Source: Bdellovibrionales bacterium (GTDB taxonomy: Bacteria > Bdellovibrionota > Bdellovibrionia > Bdellovibrionales > JAMPXM01). From it: a stretch of DNA of 25,576 nt. Below are positions 23,984 through 25,576 of this stretch, piece by piece. Made by a program: the position numbers and the translations under genes. The notes under the pieces were generated by a model that made no database searches, had not been told where the DNA came from, and worked only from the letters and a program-made list of their open reading frames with translations. The DNA lies in assembly GCA_034366485.1 (NCBI GenBank), contig JAXMMN010000434.1, positions 1 to 25,576 of the forward strand, read 5' to 3'. Position 1 is the first letter of the stretch. Each line of letters starts with the position of its first letter.

Positions 23984-25423
23984 CTAACAACGAATTCGCA
24001 AAACTCGGTCATTGGTGTACTGCACACGCCCTAAGCGATCACCTTTGATTGGGCGAACAAATCGGCACTCAACAATTAAAACGTCATAGGCTTCGCCCTT
24101 CATCTCAATCGCGCGCCGCTTCATCGACTGCTCAAGAAGTGCAATTCCCGCCTTTGAAAACTCGGAATCACTGACCTCTCGGCCACGCGACCGCCGAATA
24201 ATCCCATGGGCCCCCGGTTGATCCTTGATGTGCATCCAGTAGTCAAAAGGTTGGGCCTTTCGCAAAATCGCCAAGTTTTCGGCGCCATTTTTCCCGATGT
24301 ACAAAATCAAATCCGCCGCGATTTCTACCTTTCGACCGCGAGCGCCGGCTTGGCTGAACAAATCTCGCCCCGCTGTTGCGGAGGTCGAATGACTGAGATC
24401 CCGTGCCTCGCGCCGTCCTTTAACGTCGGCTTGCCCTGATTCAAGTTTCTCTATTTCAAGCTCGAGCTCCCGCGCCCTGGCTTTGGTGCCATCAAGCTTT
24501 CGCTCGTGCGATTTTGCCACTTTGAAAAGGTGTTCGAGGTTCGCCGAAAATGACTTTCGTCGATCGATGTAGCTTTCCCATTCCGGATTTCCATTTAAAG
24601 GTTTTGAATCCAGTGACTGGGCTTCTTTCAGCCACTCGCCAATTTCTCGGGAAGGAGAAGTTTCCTTTTGCAAAACCTCGGCACGCACTTTTTCAAGAGC
24701 CTTGCGCCGCTTGGCGATCACTTTTTCTCGATCTAAATCGCGTGGTGTTTTGGTCGAATCACCAGGTCCGGCCAAGCCAGCCGCTTTCGTGTTTTGCACT
24801 TTTGGCCGCAGATTTCTTTCTAGCCAATCGAGCGCAAGCTGCGATCGAGACCGCGCACCGCCAGCGCCAGAGTCACCGGAAGACGGTACTGCTGACTGCC
24901 GGAAATTTCCTTCGCCGGAAACTGGCTTGAATTCCGAAAGCTGTTTTTCTTTGATCTTCCCACGAACGTCTTCAAAAAAGACCGCCGTCAGATTTCTGCT
25001 ATGAGGATCGAGCTTAAATTCAAGGCGCGCACCTGCCGGTTCACTTTGAAACTTCAAAACCAACGTCCGCCCAGAAGTGACACTGACATCCATCAACCGC
25101 TTACCGACGAAAGCCGACCTCAAAAAAAGTTCGATGGGGCGCCGAATTTTTGATGGCTTAGGTGGAGACATTGGCACGCCGTCTTGACCATCAAACAAGA
25201 CCACCACTGGCGCCTGAAGCAAGTAATCGAACACGAGCCAGCGGATACCGCCGGACCAGAAAAACCCTAAGCGAATCGACTTCGGCTCATGCCCCCCGTC
25301 TTCCAAGGCACGACCGTCGACGAGGACTTCCTGAAGCTGAGCCCCTACCCATGTCGATAGCTCGCGCCCGAGGTCTTCGACCTCTTCTTTTGACATTGGA
25401 GCAAGGGACTTAACGGTGTTCAT
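23984..25423 (-). CDS. NFACT-family protein (RqcH/FbpA-like): divergent NFACT-N, coiled coil and NFACT-R
   Basis: C-terminal NFACT-R: LYIGKNGAENLAILRKAQPFDYWMHIKDQPGAHGII; coiled coils KRRKALEKVRAEV and ERKLDGTKARARELELEIEKL; start reset to ATG 25423 (ATG 25396 is an alternative). Confidence 0.82.
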   Translation of the reverse strand: MNTVKSLAPMSKEEVEDLGRELSTWVGAQLQEVLVDGRALEDGGHEPKSIRLGFFWSGGIRWLVFDYLLQAPVVVLFDGQDGVPMSPPKPSKIRRPIELFLRSAFVGKRLMDVSVTSGRTLVLKFQSEPAGARLEFKLDPHSRNLTAVFFEDVRGKIKEKQLSEFKPVSGEGNFRQSAVPSSGDSGAGGARSRSQLALDWLERNLRPKVQNTKAAGLAGPGDSTKTPRDLDREKVIAKRRKALEKVRAEVLQKETSPSREIGEWLKEAQSLDSKPLNGNPEWESYIDRRKSFSANLEHLFKVAKSHERKLDGTKARARELELEIEKLESGQADVKGRREARDLSHSTSATAGRDLFSQAGARGRKVEIAADLILYIGKNGAENLAILRKAQPFDYWMHIKDQPGAHGIIRRSRGREVSDSEFSKAGIALLEQSMKRRAIEMKGEAYDVLIVECRFVRPIKGDRLGRVQYTNDRVLRIRC

Positions 25424-25554
25424 AGCCCGTATTATCCCCGACCTTAAGCCCGTCGAGTCAACCGCTAGGTGAGATGCGCCGATATAGCTGCATGCGTTTA
25501 GAAAAAACACCTCTGGATGTGTCGCTTCAGTCCGAGAGAATCGACTTTCGTGCA

Positions 25555-25572
25555 CTCAATGAAATCATTGAG
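25555..25572. promoter_or_regulatory. Perfect 8-2-8 palindrome, operator-like
   Basis: CTCAATGA-AA-TCATTGAG. Confidence 0.4.
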
Positions 25573-25576
25573 CTTC

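Noticed and set aside
1-25576. Search for CRISPR arrays, IS/transposase, integrase, prophage or defence genes
   Set aside because: No regularly spaced repeats or such protein motifs seen; TatD and DUF429 are nuclease-fold proteins but sit in housekeeping or transporter contexts

Overview
Gene-dense bacterial chromosomal segment with about 24 CDS and no tRNA, rRNA, CRISPR array or mobile element that I can support. Gene content (AgmX/PglI-type C-terminal domain protein, GldA/F/G-type ABC cluster, many orphan secreted proteins) suggests a Bdellovibrionota-like or related predatory/deltaproteobacterial lineage; this is inference. Left to right: a truncated GAF-PAS sensor missed by the ORF track, threonine dehydratase, a small Zn-ribbon protein with a structured leader, a DUF3943 envelope protein, a minus-strand housekeeping run tmk-holB-tatD-gap-pgk-tpiA, a divergent REC-GAF regulator with no output domain, secG coupled to a TM-FecR-AgmX/TonB-C-like protein, several orphan secreted proteins, a DxDxT (lipin/App1-like) phosphatase, a tightly coupled six-gene operon (Gld-type ABC ATPase, permease, GldG-like protein, DUF4340 protein, GHMP sugar kinase, Cys4-containing DUF429 protein) and a divergent NFACT/RqcH-like gene. 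The best leads for undescribed biology are the six-gene operon, the motif-degenerate NFACT protein, the output-less REC-GAF, the secG-coupled transducer-like gene and the lipin-like phosphatase cluster. All domain calls come from motif recognition by eye, not database searches.
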